Source: Candidatus Lustribacter sp.
GTDB lineage: Bacteria; Vulcanimicrobiota; Vulcanimicrobiia; Vulcanimicrobiales; Vulcanimicrobiaceae
Assembly: GCA_965277805.1 (NCBI GenBank)
Contig: OZ255842.1
Coordinates: 1,856,001-1,920,000, forward strand
Direction of reading: 5' to 3'
DNA length: 64,000 nucleotides
Position numbers and translations under genes: made by a program. Numbering within the stretch: the first letter of the stretch is position 1; every line of letters begins with the position of its first letter. Shown one piece after another: positions 36,517 to 46,991 of this stretch. The notes below the pieces were generated by a model, which was not told where the DNA came from, ran no database searches, and saw nothing but the letters and a program-made list of their open reading frames with translations.

Positions 36517-37391
36517 CCGGTTCGTTCGGCGATGCGCTCCGAGAGTGCGCGATACACGACGCTCACGTCTTGATTCCCCAGCCCGGAGTCCAACGCGCGC
36601 TGCCACTCACGATTGAGCGCCTCGAGCATCGGGAGCACAACGCCGTTGCCCGAGGCATCGGCCTGCAACGCCAGGCGCACGTCCTTGGCGGCGTTCGCCA
36701 GCGAAAACTCCGAATCGAATTTGCCGGCGGCGATCTTCGTCAATTTCGAGCGGACGAGCGGTGCTTCGAGCGGCCCCCCGTGCAGGCACTCGGCAACGCG
36801 TTCGAGTTCGACACCCAGCGCCGTTGCAAGCGCTGCGAATTCGGCGGTGCCTTCCACGAGCATCGCGAGCCACGAATTCAGCACCAGTTTCATGCGCGAG
36901 CCGGCGCCGGCTTCACCGAGCCAAATTGTCCTCTGGCCGAGCGCAGCAAACAGGGGCTCGAGCGCATCCACGCTCGCTTTCGGGCCCGACGCCAAAATCG
37001 TCAGGGTCCCGGCGCGCGCCGGGCCGGTGCTGCCGGAAACCGGCGCATCGATCAGCACCACATCCGGATAGCGCGCCGCAAGCCCGATTGCTTCCGTGGT
37101 TGCAGCGACTCCGATCGTGCTCATCTGTAGCCAGATGCTGCCGGCGCGCATTCGCCGCAACGCGCGGTCCATCGTCGCAATGACCGCCGCGCCATCCGCG
37201 AGCATCGAGATGACGACGTCGGCGTCTTCGACGGCCGCCGCAATATCGCGAAATGGACGGGCTCCACTGGCGCCGAGGGCTTCGGCTCTCTCCCACGTGC
37301 GATCCCAAATGCGCACGTCGAAGGATCGTTCGAGCAGGCGGAGCGTCATCGCGGAGCCCATCGCTCCCGCCCCGAGAATACAGACGTTCAT
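36513..37391 (-). CDS. NAD(P)-dependent oxidoreductase, 3-hydroxyisobutyrate dehydrogenase family
   Basis: ILGAGAMG, DAPVSG, GSRMKLVLN, KDVRLA. Confidence 0.9.
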   Translation of the reverse strand: MNVCILGAGAMGSAMTLRLLERSFDVRIWDRTWERAEALGASGARPFRDIAAAVEDADVVISMLADGAAVIATMDRALRRMRAGSIWLQMSTIGVAATTEAIGLAARYPDVVLIDAPVSGSTGPARAGTLTILASGPKASVDALEPLFAALGQRTIWLGEAGAGSRMKLVLNSWLAMLVEGTAEFAALATALGVELERVAECLHGGPLEAPLVRSKLTKIAAGKFDSEFSLANAAKDVRLALQADASGNGVVLPMLEALNREWQRALDSGLGNQDVSVVYRALSERIAERTG

Positions 37392-37503
37392 GGCCCAAGG
37401 ATAGCGCGAGATGCCGACACCCGCTGCAAAGCCGTTGTTAACACCGCCGCCCTCGAAAAATCGTTCTAGGCGCCGTCCGGGCCGATGCGCTACCATAACC
37501 AAC

Positions 37504-38067
37504 ATGGAACCGATCTTGATGGAGCAAAATGATGCCGGCATAGCAACCGCGCCGAGCCTGGCAAGCGTAACCATCGAGATCAACGGCCAGCAGCACGAAC
37601 TCGCCCTCGACACGCGAACCACGCTGCTCGACGCGCTGCGGGAACACGTGCAGCTCACCGGCACGAAAAAAGGCTGCGATCATGGGCAGTGCGGCGCGTG
37701 TACGGTTCTGCTCAACGGCGTGCGCATCAACTCTTGCCTCACGCTCGCCGTGATGCACGAAAACGACAAAATCACCACGATCGAAGGACTCGGCACGCCG
37801 GCCGCCCTGCATCCGCTTCAGGCGGCCTTCGTCGAGCACGACGGTTTCCAGTGCGGATACTGCACGCCCGGCCAGATCTGTTCCGCGGTAGCGGTGCTCG
37901 GGGAGATCGAAGCCGGAATTCCAAGCCACGTCACGGCCGACATAACGGTCAAAGCCCGCACGACCGATGCCGAATTGCGCGAACGAATGAGCGGTAATAT
38001 CTGTCGGTGCGGAGCCTATTCGAATATTCTCGATGCGATTCGGGACGTCGCCGGAGAGCCGGCATGA
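37504..38067 (+). CDS. paoA: Aldehyde oxidoreductase 2Fe-2S subunit (PaoA/YagT-like)
   Basis: [36 protein letters not shown]; no twin-arginine leader. Confidence 0.9.
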   Translation: MEPILMEQNDAGIATAPSLASVTIEINGQQHELALDTRTTLLDALREHVQLTGTKKGCDHGQCGACTVLLNGVRINSCLTLAVMHENDKITTIEGLGTPAALHPLQAAFVEHDGFQCGYCTPGQICSAVAVLGEIEAGIPSHVTADITVKARTTDAELRERMSGNICRCGAYSNILDAIRDVAGEPA

Positions 38068-39020
38068 GACCGTTCACCTTCGAGCGTGCGACCACGCCGG
38101 CTGCAGCCGCTTCAGCCGCCGCGGCCTCGCCGAATGCCAAGTTCATCGCCGGCGGCACGAACTTGCTCGATCTCATGAAGCTGCAGATCGAAACCCCGGC
38201 GCACATCATCGACCTCACCAAACTCGACCTCGATCGCATCGAAGACACGAACGACGGAGGCTTGCGCATCGGAGCGCTGGTCACGAATACGAACATGGCC
38301 GCGCACGGCCGGGTGCGGCGCGAGTACGGCGTGTTGTCGCGCGCGGTTGTCGCCGGCGCGAGCGGACAGTTACGAAACAAAGCGACGACCGCCGGAAACC
38401 TGCTGCAACGCACGCGCTGCCCGTACTTCTACGATACCAACCAGCCTTGCAACAAGCGCCGCCCCGGCTCGGGGTGCGCCGCTATCGACGGCGTCAGCCG
38501 GCAATTGGCCGTGATCGGCGGCAGCGACGTGTGCATTGCGACGAACCCGAGCGATATGGCCGTGGCGATGCGGGCGCTCGATGCGACGGTAGAGACGGTC
38601 AAACCGGACGGCACGACGCGCGCCATTCCGATCGCCGAGTTCCACTCGCTGCCGGGTTCCACGCCGCACATCGAGACGACGTTGAGTCCCGGGGAACTGA
38701 TCACCGCGGTGACGCTGCCGAAGCCCATCGGTGGAACGCACATCTATCGCAAAGTGCGCGATCGCGCGTCGTACGCGTTCGCGCTCGTCTCGGTCGCGGC
38801 GATCGTTCACCCCGACGGTTCCGGACGCGTCGCGGCGGGCGGCATCGCACCGAAACCCTGGCGCGTTGAGGCTGCGGATGACATGATGCCGCACGGACCA
38901 AAGGCCGTCGCGACGCATTTGCTTGCCGGCGCGAAACCGACAACGGATAATGCGTTCAAATTACGGTTGCTCGAGCGCACGCTCGCCGCGGTTATGGCCG
39001 ATGCGCAGGCGCCCGCATGA
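38064..39020 (+). CDS. paoB: Aldehyde oxidoreductase FAD subunit (PaoB/YagS-like)
   Basis: [26 protein letters not shown] Fe-S insert, [14 protein letters not shown]. Confidence 0.92.
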   Translation: MRPFTFERATTPAAAASAAAASPNAKFIAGGTNLLDLMKLQIETPAHIIDLTKLDLDRIEDTNDGGLRIGALVTNTNMAAHGRVRREYGVLSRAVVAGASGQLRNKATTAGNLLQRTRCPYFYDTNQPCNKRRPGSGCAAIDGVSRQLAVIGGSDVCIATNPSDMAVAMRALDATVETVKPDGTTRAIPIAEFHSLPGSTPHIETTLSPGELITAVTLPKPIGGTHIYRKVRDRASYAFALVSVAAIVHPDGSGRVAAGGIAPKPWRVEAADDMMPHGPKAVATHLLAGAKPTTDNAFKLRLLERTLAAVMADAQAPA

Positions 39021-41224
39021 AATTCGACACGCCGTCATTACTCAATCCGATCGACCAGCTGAAATTCGTCGGAAAAGCGACCGACCGGATCGACGGTAAG
39101 CTGAAGACCACGGGAACTGCACCATATGCCTACGAGCGGCACGATGTCGTGGCGGATCAGGCCTACGGATTCATCGTGGGCTCGGCGATCGCAAAGGGTG
39201 TCATCACCTCGATCGACGTCGCCGACGCCAAGGCATCACCCGGCGTCATCGCCATCGTGACGACGCTTGATATGCCGCGGCTCGGCCGCGGGCGCATGAA
39301 CTACGCATATCTGTTCGGCGGGGCGGAGATCCAGCATTACGATCAAGCCATCGCGATCGTCGTGGCCGAGACATTCGAGCAGGCGCGCGCCGCGGCGCAT
39401 CTGATTCGCGCCGATTACGTTCAGAGTTCCGGCCGGTTCGATCTCGCCGCCGAGGCCCCGAACGCCCCCGTCGTGGGGAACCTAGCCGAACACGTTGAGG
39501 CAAGCCAGCGCGTCGGCGACTTCGTGAGCGCGTTCGCGGCCGCGCCGGTGACGCTCGATCAAATCTACACGACCCCCGATCAGAGCCATGCCATGATGGA
39601 ACCGCACGCCTCGATCGCAGCGTGGGACGGTGACCACCTGACGGTGTGGACGTCGAACCAGATGATCAACTGGGGCAAGGCCGATATTTCCACGATACTC
39701 GGCATCGCCGCCGATAAGGTGCGGCTCGATTCGCCGTTCATCGGCGGCGGGTTCGGCGGAAAGCTGTGGGTGCGCGCCGACGCCGTGCTCGCCGCGCTCG
39801 GCGCCAAAGCCGCCGGGAGGCCCGTCAAGGTCGCATTCGCGCGCCCCTTCATCACGAACAATACGACGCATCGCGCGGCGACGATCCAGCGCGTTCGCAT
39901 CGGCGCCGGCGCCGACGGCAAGATTACGGCGATCACTCACGAGAGCACGTCCGGCAACCTGCCCGATGGTTTTCCCGAAGGAGCCGTCGGACAGACGCGG
40001 CTGATGTATGCCGGTGCGAATCGCCTGACCGAATTGCGGTTCGCGATTCTCGATCTGCCGGAGGGCAACTCGATGCGCGCTCCGGGCGATGCGCCCGGGC
40101 AGATGGCGCTCGAAATTGCGATGGATGAGATGGCCGAGAAGCTCGGGCTCGATCCGGTCGAATTTCGCGTGCTCAACGACACGCAAGTCGACCCAGCCAA
40201 ACCGGAACGGCCCTTCTCTTACCGCAACCTCAACGGCTGCCTGCGCCGTGGCGCCGAAACGTTCGGCTGGAGTGCGCGTAATCCGAAGCCTGGCCAGGTA
40301 CGCGACGGCCGGTGGCTCGTCGGCATGGGCGTAGCGGCGGGGATTCGCAACAATCTTCTACTAAAATCCGGCGCGCGCGTCGACCTCGACAAAGACGGCG
40401 TCGTCACGGTCAGCACCGACATGACCGATATCGGTACCGGAAGCTACACGATCATCGCCCAGACGGCCGCGGAAACGATGGGCGTCGATCTGGACCGCGT
40501 CGTCGTACGGCTCGGTGACTCCGATTTCCCGGCATCGGCCGGCTCCGGCGGACAATTCGGCGGCAACAACTCAACCGCCGGTGTCTACGCGGCCTGCATG
40601 AAACTGCGTGAGCTGATTGCGCAGAAGCTCGGCTTCGACGCGGCCGAAGCGAAATTCGCCGACGGCTGCGTGCGGGCGAGCGGACGCAGCGTGCCGCTCG
40701 CAGCCGCAGCCGGAGATACGGGACTTTCGGCCGAGGACAGTATCGAATACGGCGACCTCGATGAACGCTTTCAGCAATCGACCTTTGCCGCGCACTTCGT
40801 GGAGGCCGCCGTCGACGCGGCAACCGGTGAGACTCGCATCCGGCGTATGCTGGCGGTGTGTGCTGCGGGACGCATTCTCAATCCCAAGACGGCGCGCAGT
40901 CAGGTGATCGGCGCGATGACGATGGGCGCCGGCGCTGCCCTAATGGAAGAGCTCGCCGTCGACACGCAACGAGGGTTCTTTGTCAACCACGATCTGGCCG
41001 GTTACGAGGTCCCCGTTCACGCGGACATCCCGCACCAAGACGTGATCTTTCTCGACGAGGTCGATCCGATCTCGTCGCCGATGAAGGCCAAGGGCGTGGG
41101 CGAACTCGGGATCTGCGGCGTAATAGCCGCGATTGCCAACGCCGTCTACAACGCGACCGGCATCCGCGTGCGCGACTATCCGATCACGCTGGACAAAATG
41201 ATCCATCAGCTGCCGGAACTCTAG
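39017..41224 (+). CDS. paoC: Aldehyde oxidoreductase molybdopterin subunit (PaoC/YagR-like)
   Basis: [34 protein letters not shown]. Confidence 0.92.
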   Translation: MKFDTPSLLNPIDQLKFVGKATDRIDGKLKTTGTAPYAYERHDVVADQAYGFIVGSAIAKGVITSIDVADAKASPGVIAIVTTLDMPRLGRGRMNYAYLFGGAEIQHYDQAIAIVVAETFEQARAAAHLIRADYVQSSGRFDLAAEAPNAPVVGNLAEHVEASQRVGDFVSAFAAAPVTLDQIYTTPDQSHAMMEPHASIAAWDGDHLTVWTSNQMINWGKADISTILGIAADKVRLDSPFIGGGFGGKLWVRADAVLAALGAKAAGRPVKVAFARPFITNNTTHRAATIQRVRIGAGADGKITAITHESTSGNLPDGFPEGAVGQTRLMYAGANRLTELRFAILDLPEGNSMRAPGDAPGQMALEIAMDEMAEKLGLDPVEFRVLNDTQVDPAKPERPFSYRNLNGCLRRGAETFGWSARNPKPGQVRDGRWLVGMGVAAGIRNNLLLKSGARVDLDKDGVVTVSTDMTDIGTGSYTIIAQTAAETMGVDLDRVVVRLGDSDFPASAGSGGQFGGNNSTAGVYAACMKLRELIAQKLGFDAAEAKFADGCVRASGRSVPLAAAAGDTGLSAEDSIEYGDLDERFQQSTFAAHFVEAAVDAATGETRIRRMLAVCAAGRILNPKTARSQVIGAMTMGAGAALMEELAVDTQRGFFVNHDLAGYEVPVHADIPHQDVIFLDEVDPISSPMKAKGVGELGICGVIAAIANAVYNATGIRVRDYPITLDKMIHQLPEL

Positions 41225-41226
41225 CA

Positions 41227-41235
41227 TGATATAAT
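41227..41235 (+). promoter_or_regulatory. Extended -10 promoter 6 nt before the cydA ATG (leaderless geometry)
   Basis: TG-A-TATAAT-cgcgcc-ATG, no Shine-Dalgarno. Confidence 0.6.
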
Positions 41236-41241
41236 CGCGCC

Positions 41242-42576
41242 ATGGACGTTGCGGCCGATCGGCTACAGTTCGGCTTTACTATCATGTTCCACTATCTGTT
41301 CCCGATCGGAACGATGGGTGTCGCACCGTTTATCGCCTGGTATAACTATCGCGCAATGAAGACCGGCGAGCAGCAGCACGCGCAGGCTGCTCGGTTCTGG
41401 ACCACGATCTTTGCGATCAATTTTGCCATCGGCGTCGTGACGGGTATCCCGATGGAGTTTCAGTTCGGCACCAATTGGGCCGCCTTTTCGGCCAAGGCCG
41501 GCGAGGTGATCGGTCAGCCGCTGATGATGGAAGGCGTGTACGCGTTTTTCGTTGAGTCGGTCTTTCTCGGCGTTTTACTGTATGGCCGCGGACGTGTGAC
41601 GCAGACCGTGTACTTGGCGTCGGCCGTGATCGTCTGGCTCGGTTCATGGCTTTCGGGATTTTTTATTTGCGCCACCGATTCGTGGATGCAGCATCCCGTG
41701 GGCTACACGATCGCGGCCGACGGCCGGATCGAATTGAGCAGCCTTGCGGCGCTGCTGCTCTCGCCGTTCGCCTTCTGGCAAACCGCACACGCAATCGCCG
41801 GCGCGGTCGCCGCCGGCGGATTCATCGTGGCCGGTGTGGGCGCGTATTATCTCTTAGCGCGACGCGACATCATCTTCGGCCGCGAGTTCGTGCGCACGGG
41901 CGTCATCGTCGCGTTCATCGCTTCGGCGCTCGTGATTTTCCCGACGGGCGATCGCAACGGCAACAACGTCACGGTCTACCAGCCCGTGAAGCTCGCCGCT
42001 ATGGAGGGGCTCTTTACGTCGGAACGCGGCGCCCCGCTCGCCATCATCGGCATGCCCGATGTGCCCAAGAGGACACTTATCGACCCGATCATCGTACCGG
42101 ATCTGCTGAGCTTTCTCGCCTACGGCAACTTTCGCACCGATGTCGCCGGGCTGACAGCCTACCCTGACGCGCTCTGGCCGCCTGTGGAGGTAACGTATTA
42201 TGCCTACCACGTGATGGTCGGCCTCGGCACGATTTTCATCGGGGTTGCATTCATCGCCGGACTGCTGCTGTGGCGCAAGCGTTTGTTCGAGATGCCGCTC
42301 GCGCTCTGGGCGTTATTGCTGGTCATGCCGTTTCCATACATTGCGAGCGAAGCCGGCTGGGTCGTGGCGGAGGTTGGCCGCCAACCCTGGGTCGTCTACG
42401 GCCTGATGAAGACCCAGGACGGCGCTTCGCCGAACGTCGGCTCCGGCGAGACGATCTTCACGCTCATCGGCTTTGCCGGCATGTATTTTCTGCTCGGCGT
42501 ATTGTTCTTGTTGCTGACGCTGCGGACGATTGCGATCGGGCCCGGCGCGCCCGCCGCCGAGCAGGCGGAAGTGTAA
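41242..42576 (+). CDS. cydA: Cytochrome bd ubiquinol oxidase subunit I (short Q-loop)
   Basis: RLQFGFTIMFHYLF, MEFQFGTNW, QPVKLAAMEG, EVGRQPW. Confidence 0.96.
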   Translation: MDVAADRLQFGFTIMFHYLFPIGTMGVAPFIAWYNYRAMKTGEQQHAQAARFWTTIFAINFAIGVVTGIPMEFQFGTNWAAFSAKAGEVIGQPLMMEGVYAFFVESVFLGVLLYGRGRVTQTVYLASAVIVWLGSWLSGFFICATDSWMQHPVGYTIAADGRIELSSLAALLLSPFAFWQTAHAIAGAVAAGGFIVAGVGAYYLLARRDIIFGREFVRTGVIVAFIASALVIFPTGDRNGNNVTVYQPVKLAAMEGLFTSERGAPLAIIGMPDVPKRTLIDPIIVPDLLSFLAYGNFRTDVAGLTAYPDALWPPVEVTYYAYHVMVGLGTIFIGVAFIAGLLLWRKRLFEMPLALWALLLVMPFPYIASEAGWVVAEVGRQPWVVYGLMKTQDGASPNVGSGETIFTLIGFAGMYFLLGVLFLLLTLRTIAIGPGAPAAEQAEV

Positions 42577-43586
42577 TGGCTGCTATCATTGCCTTCTGCG
42601 TCATCGCCGTCATGCTGACGGTCTACACGCTGCTCGACGGCTACGATCTCGGTGCCGGTGCGGTCTCGCTCGTCCTCGCGAGGACGCGCCCGGAGCGTAC
42701 CGCAATCGTCGAAAGCATCGGCCCGTTCTGGAGCGGCAACGAAGTTTGGCTCGTCGCCGCGGGCGGCACGCTGTTCGCGCTCTTCCCCAAAGTCTACGCC
42801 GTGTCGTTCAGCGGGTTCTACTTGCCGTTCATCGTGGTGCTCTGGCTGCTGATGTTTCGCGGCATTGCCATCGAGTTGCGCGAACAGCTCCCGGGCAGCG
42901 TGTGGCTCGATTTTTGGGACACGGCGTTCTCGCTCTCGAGTCTGCTCCTGATCGTGCTCTTCGGCGTTGCGTTCGGCAATCTCGTCCGCGGGCTGTCGCT
43001 CGATGCAGACGGCTACTTCTTCGGAACCTTCTCCTCGCTGCTCAATCCCTACGCGCTCGCCGTCGGCCTGCTCGCGGTCGTCGCGCTGGTGCAGCACGGC
43101 CTCGTCTATCTCTCCGCGCGCGTGGACGGACCGCTCGGCGAGCGCGCCTTGCGCTACGCCGGCGGCGTTTGGTGGGCCGTGCTCGTCGTCTTCATCGCCG
43201 TTACGGCGGCAACGATGCTCCTCCGCCGCGGCGTGGAGGGGGCCGGTGCACCGCTCGCCTTCACGGCGGGCACGGTCGCGCTGCTTTCGCTGTTGGCGAT
43301 GCGCTCGCGCCCGGCACGCGAACGGGCCGCGTTGCCGTTTCGGCTGTCGCTGCTGTTCCTCGCGGCGCTGCTGGTCACGGCAAGTGCAACGATGTATCCC
43401 TACCTGATCCGCCCCTATCCCGGGCACGCCGGTGGACTGACCATCGCGAACGCGGCGCCGCCGGCCGCCGCCCTGGCCGTCTCTCTGCCGATCGCGATCG
43501 CCGGACTGATCGTGGTCATCGCGTACTCGACCTTCGTCCATCGGCTGATGCCGGCGCGAGTCGCCGTCCGCGAAGGGAGGGAATAG
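42576..43586 (+). CDS. cydB: Cytochrome bd oxidase subunit II
   Basis: LDGYDLGAG, GPFWSGNEVWLV, FRGIAIE; TAATG overlap with cydA. Confidence 0.95.
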   Translation: MAAIIAFCVIAVMLTVYTLLDGYDLGAGAVSLVLARTRPERTAIVESIGPFWSGNEVWLVAAGGTLFALFPKVYAVSFSGFYLPFIVVLWLLMFRGIAIELREQLPGSVWLDFWDTAFSLSSLLLIVLFGVAFGNLVRGLSLDADGYFFGTFSSLLNPYALAVGLLAVVALVQHGLVYLSARVDGPLGERALRYAGGVWWAVLVVFIAVTAATMLLRRGVEGAGAPLAFTAGTVALLSLLAMRSRPARERAALPFRLSLLFLAALLVTASATMYPYLIRPYPGHAGGLTIANAAPPAAALAVSLPIAIAGLIVVIAYSTFVHRLMPARVAVREGRE

Positions 43587-43592
43587 GCCGTT

Positions 43593-43949
43593 TTAGGCTG
43601 CGGGCAGCACCTTCTTCGCCGATCGGAACTGCGACGGCGTCACCCCAACGTGACGAACGAACTGCCGCGTGAAATAGCAGACGTCGCCGAAGCCGACCGC
43701 TTCGCACACCGCAACCACATCTTGCTCCGTCTCGATCAGCAGCGCTTGCGCGGCGGCGAGCCGTCGCTTGATGATCCACGCGGTGACCGGAGTGCCCGTC
43801 AGCGATGAGAAGCGGTGCGTCAGATGTGCGGGAGAATAGCCGAGCGCCTCGGCGACATCGCGCAGGCTAATCGACGAGGCGAAGTTTTCCTCGACGTAGT
43901 CGACGACGCCCCGAACGATTTGGTGCTCTCTTACCGGTCCGTTCAGCAT
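43593..43949 (-). CDS. Stand-alone AraC-family HTH protein (118 aa)
   Basis: ISLRDVAEALGYSPAHL..VGFGDVCYFTRQF..GVTPSQFR; GGAGG upstream. Confidence 0.88.
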   Translation of the reverse strand: MLNGPVREHQIVRGVVDYVEENFASSISLRDVAEALGYSPAHLTHRFSSLTGTPVTAWIIKRRLAAAQALLIETEQDVVAVCEAVGFGDVCYFTRQFVRHVGVTPSQFRSAKKVLPAA

Positions 43950-43964
43950 GTTTACCTCCCTCGC

Positions 43965-43999
43965 ACTCGTGTCGGATACAAGCGTAGCCCGCCACGAGT
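43965..43999 (-). promoter_or_regulatory. Hairpin in the AraC leader next to the RBS
   Basis: ACTCGTG..CACGAGT arms with further internal pairing. Confidence 0.4.
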
Positions 44000-44121
44000 A
44001 CGATGTCTGCCAACATGCTGTTAACACTCACCCCCTGATTGAGCGTGCTCACGTCCGGAGGTCGCCGCTCTCCGAAAGATTAGCCATTCGCGCGGCCGGC
44101 CCGGCGGGCTAGCATCCGAAT

Positions 44122-44802
44122 ATGGCCGTCGCATATCTCCAGCATCAGCCCTCACCGCGCCTCATGCGCTACCGCGATGCGCGCAGCGAGCCGTGTACGG
44201 GGGACCTGACCGATGTCTTTCCTAGCGGCGACGAGAGTGCGACGATCGTGATGGCCGACGTGTGCGGAAAAGACGAGCAGGCTTACGGCCACGCGCGCTA
44301 TCTGCGTAACGCTGTACGCGCGCTGGCGGATGATTATTCACCGGCCGGCGTATTGGACCGCGTCAACGTCGCGTTCTCGCGCCGCATCGCCGACTTCGGC
44401 GACGATCGCTTCGCCAGCATCTTCGTCGCGACGCTGACCGGACATCGCTTGGCGTACGCATCGGCCGGCCACGATTTTGCCCTGATGGTTAGCGCCGACG
44501 GACGCCATTGGCATCTTCCGCCGACCGGCGTGATCGCCGGCGTTCGCGGATCGGAGAGTTATGCAGAGAAGACGATCCCCGTCGCCTCGACGGACTGGCT
44601 CGTCCTCGTCACCGACGGCATCACCGACGCGCGCGGCGCCGACGATGCGTTCTTCGGCACGGGCGGTGTTGCGCGCAACGCGCTCTGCGCCGTCAGAAGC
44701 GGCAAGGACGACCCGGCCGCGCACATCCTCGAGGCCGCTCGCGCGCACGCCGGCGGCCGCTTCAAGGACGATGCCTCCGTGCTCTGCGTCCGTTTTTCTT
44801 AG
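44122..44802 (+). CDS. PP2C/SpoIIE (RsbU-like) phosphatase without sensor domain
   Basis: GDLTD, MADVCGK, ASAGH, VTDGITDA, DDASVL. Confidence 0.88.
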   Translation: MAVAYLQHQPSPRLMRYRDARSEPCTGDLTDVFPSGDESATIVMADVCGKDEQAYGHARYLRNAVRALADDYSPAGVLDRVNVAFSRRIADFGDDRFASIFVATLTGHRLAYASAGHDFALMVSADGRHWHLPPTGVIAGVRGSESYAEKTIPVASTDWLVLVTDGITDARGADDAFFGTGGVARNALCAVRSGKDDPAAHILEAARAHAGGRFKDDASVLCVRFS

Positions 44803-44808
44803 GGCCCG

Positions 44809-45258
44809 TCAGCCGCTTTCCGCGAGCCTGATCGTTGCGACGGGCAACCCCGGCAAGGAGCGCTTGCGCAAGTGCGTCGGCGTTTCGTTCAGGACGATTT
44901 CCAAGGTTGGATTCACGTGTAATTCCAACAGATGACCGCCGAAGGCGGCACCGCCGCGTCTGGCGATTACGACGTGCGCATGCACTTGCGGCTTGCCGTC
45001 TTCCGTTGTCGCGATGTCGCCCGCGATCGAGACCACCTCGACTTGTTCGTCGAAGCGATTCGGTTTGTATGTCTTGGCACCGAAGTCGAACCAGCCCAAG
45101 ACCGCCGAAGACGCCGCGCCGACGCCCGTAAACGAGGCGCCGTTCACGCCCGTCTCGCGAGCGAATCGCGCCATCTCAGCGGCCGCCTCGTCGCCCGCTT
45201 CGAAAATCAAGGCATAGGTCGCGACGACCTCATCGTCGGCGATGATTCGATATTGCAT
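44809..45258 (-). CDS. PPC-domain (DUF296) putative DNA-binding protein
   Basis: EVVSIAGDI, VHAHVV, FGGHL, PTLE. Confidence 0.88.
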   Translation of the reverse strand: MQYRIIADDEVVATYALIFEAGDEAAAEMARFARETGVNGASFTGVGAASSAVLGWFDFGAKTYKPNRFDEQVEVVSIAGDIATTEDGKPQVHAHVVIARRGGAAFGGHLLELHVNPTLEIVLNETPTHLRKRSLPGLPVATIRLAESG

Positions 45259-45293
45259 GCGATCATTTTGCCCACGCGCGGCGCGCGCGAAGC

Positions 45294-46265
45294 TTATTTG
45301 AGCGCGAGCGGGCTGATCAGATCGCGAACGTCGATCTTAGCGGGCAGCGCTTTGAGTTCCACGGCGGTATCCAGCAGCGGCTGAAGCGCGCCAACATCAA
45401 AGACTTGACCGTAGTACGCGCGGTGCATTTTCTCCGCTAATCCGTTCGGGAACGGCAACCACTGTTGCAACATCGCGGCAGATCGCGCGTGATTGCGCGG
45501 GTCGTCGGCCCACACGGCGGCGTCGTGGATCGCGGCGACAAAGCGCTTTGCTGCATCGGGATTAGCGCGCGCCCAGTCCGCACTCGCACACCACGCCGTC
45601 GCTTGCACCTGTTTGCCGACCGCCGCATAGGTCGATGCGAGCACGCGCACGTCGTCGCCGGCCGCGGTAACGTTGGGCTCGCCGTCTTGCGCAGCCGCGA
45701 TCGTGCCGCGCACGAGTGCGGCGGCCATGCTGATCTGCGGGACCTCAACGAACTTGATCGTGCTGATATCGGCGCCGTTGCTTTGCAGCCACTTCGTCGT
45801 CAGCAGCCGCCCGACGCCGCCGAGCGACGTGACGCCGATCGTCTTGCCGTCGAGGTCCTTCGCCGTGGTGATGCCCGAGTTGCGGCCGGTGATGATCACG
45901 CTGGTCAGGTCGCCGGTGCGAAACATGTACGACGGCGCGAGTAACGTGACGGGGACGCCGTGCTCGTAGGCCGACGCGATGCCGATAACGTCGGATTCGC
46001 CGACGTCGATGGCCTTGCCGACGATGCCCGCGAGAATGGTCGCGCCGCCACCGGACCGGATCGCTTGGATCTGCGGATCGATACCGTACTTCTGGAACAG
46101 CCCCAGCGCCTGGGCGTAGAACGCCAGCGCGTTGCCGTCGTTACCCGGGGTGGCGATTCGAACGGGGATGAGACCGGTGCTTTGGGCACCGGCCGGCGTT
46201 GCACCAGCAAGGACGGCAACCGATGCCATGCCTGAGAGCAGAAGCGAGCGTCGCATCTGCCCCAC
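45294..46265 (-). CDS. ABC substrate-binding protein, SsuA/NMT1 family
   Basis: FYAQALGLFQKYGID, KDLDGKTIGV, IKFVEVP. Confidence 0.85.
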   Translation of the reverse strand: MGQMRRSLLLSGMASVAVLAGATPAGAQSTGLIPVRIATPGNDGNALAFYAQALGLFQKYGIDPQIQAIRSGGGATILAGIVGKAIDVGESDVIGIASAYEHGVPVTLLAPSYMFRTGDLTSVIITGRNSGITTAKDLDGKTIGVTSLGGVGRLLTTKWLQSNGADISTIKFVEVPQISMAAALVRGTIAAAQDGEPNVTAAGDDVRVLASTYAAVGKQVQATAWCASADWARANPDAAKRFVAAIHDAAVWADDPRNHARSAAMLQQWLPFPNGLAEKMHRAYYGQVFDVGALQPLLDTAVELKALPAKIDVRDLISPLALK

Positions 46266-46483
46266 TGCTCGCTCTAGGCTTCGACGGCCTCTCGAGCCTT
46301 CGGCTTTTCGCGATTCGAAGTCAGGACCTCATCACGGCTGCGCACGCATGAGCATTGGAAATTTTCACCGAGACAGCCCACGGCCGAATGCAACACAAGC
46401 GCGTGGTTGCATGAGGAGCAATAAATCGAATCATCCACAGCACCCACGGTCATACCCAGCCCGTCGTGTTGCTTAAACCACGC

Positions 46484-46942
46484 TCACCCTTGCGCGGCGG
46501 CGACCGCTTCATCAAGTGTGGGGTGAACGTTGAAGAGTTTATCGAAGCCGAGAATTGCAAAGACCTTCTGGAGATGTTTCTGCGGCAGAACGATGTAGAG
46601 CTCATCGCCGCGGGCGCTCATCCGGGACTTCGCGCGCGCGAGCGAGTTTAGCCCCGTACTATCCATGTAGCGTACGTGGCTCAAGTCGATGACGAGCGGC
46701 GAATGCGCTCCGTCCACGGCGGATTTGAGCGCTGTCTCAAACGCATCTTTCGCGGAGTAATCGACTTCGCCGGCAACGCTAAAAACATGGATGCCATGAG
46801 ACACTCCGTTTGCACATAGCAGATCCGGGAGTCCGCCTGTGTTATCCACCGTACATTCAGTGTAGACTTCTAACTGCGCTGCGTCCGTACGATATTGCAC
46901 CAAACGGCCCTCCAAGCGACGTACGGTATTTTGTACTATCAC
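46484..46942 (-). CDS. STAS-domain anti-sigma-factor antagonist
   Basis: GEVDYS, VIDLSHVRYMDSTGL (phosphorylatable Ser); start uncertain; lower GC. Confidence 0.82.
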   Translation of the reverse strand: MIVQNTVRRLEGRLVQYRTDAAQLEVYTECTVDNTGGLPDLLCANGVSHGIHVFSVAGEVDYSAKDAFETALKSAVDGAHSPLVIDLSHVRYMDSTGLNSLARAKSRMSARGDELYIVLPQKHLQKVFAILGFDKLFNVHPTLDEAVAAAQG

Positions 46943-46991
46943 CTAGCCGGGCACATCCGCGCCCCGCTCATCCGCTAACGGAGAAACCGTC

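Noticed and set aside
46266-46483. Longest AT-richer intergenic stretch as an sRNA
   Set aside because: Only one modest hairpin (ATGCAAC..GTTGCAT); no promoter/terminator pair or known family recognised
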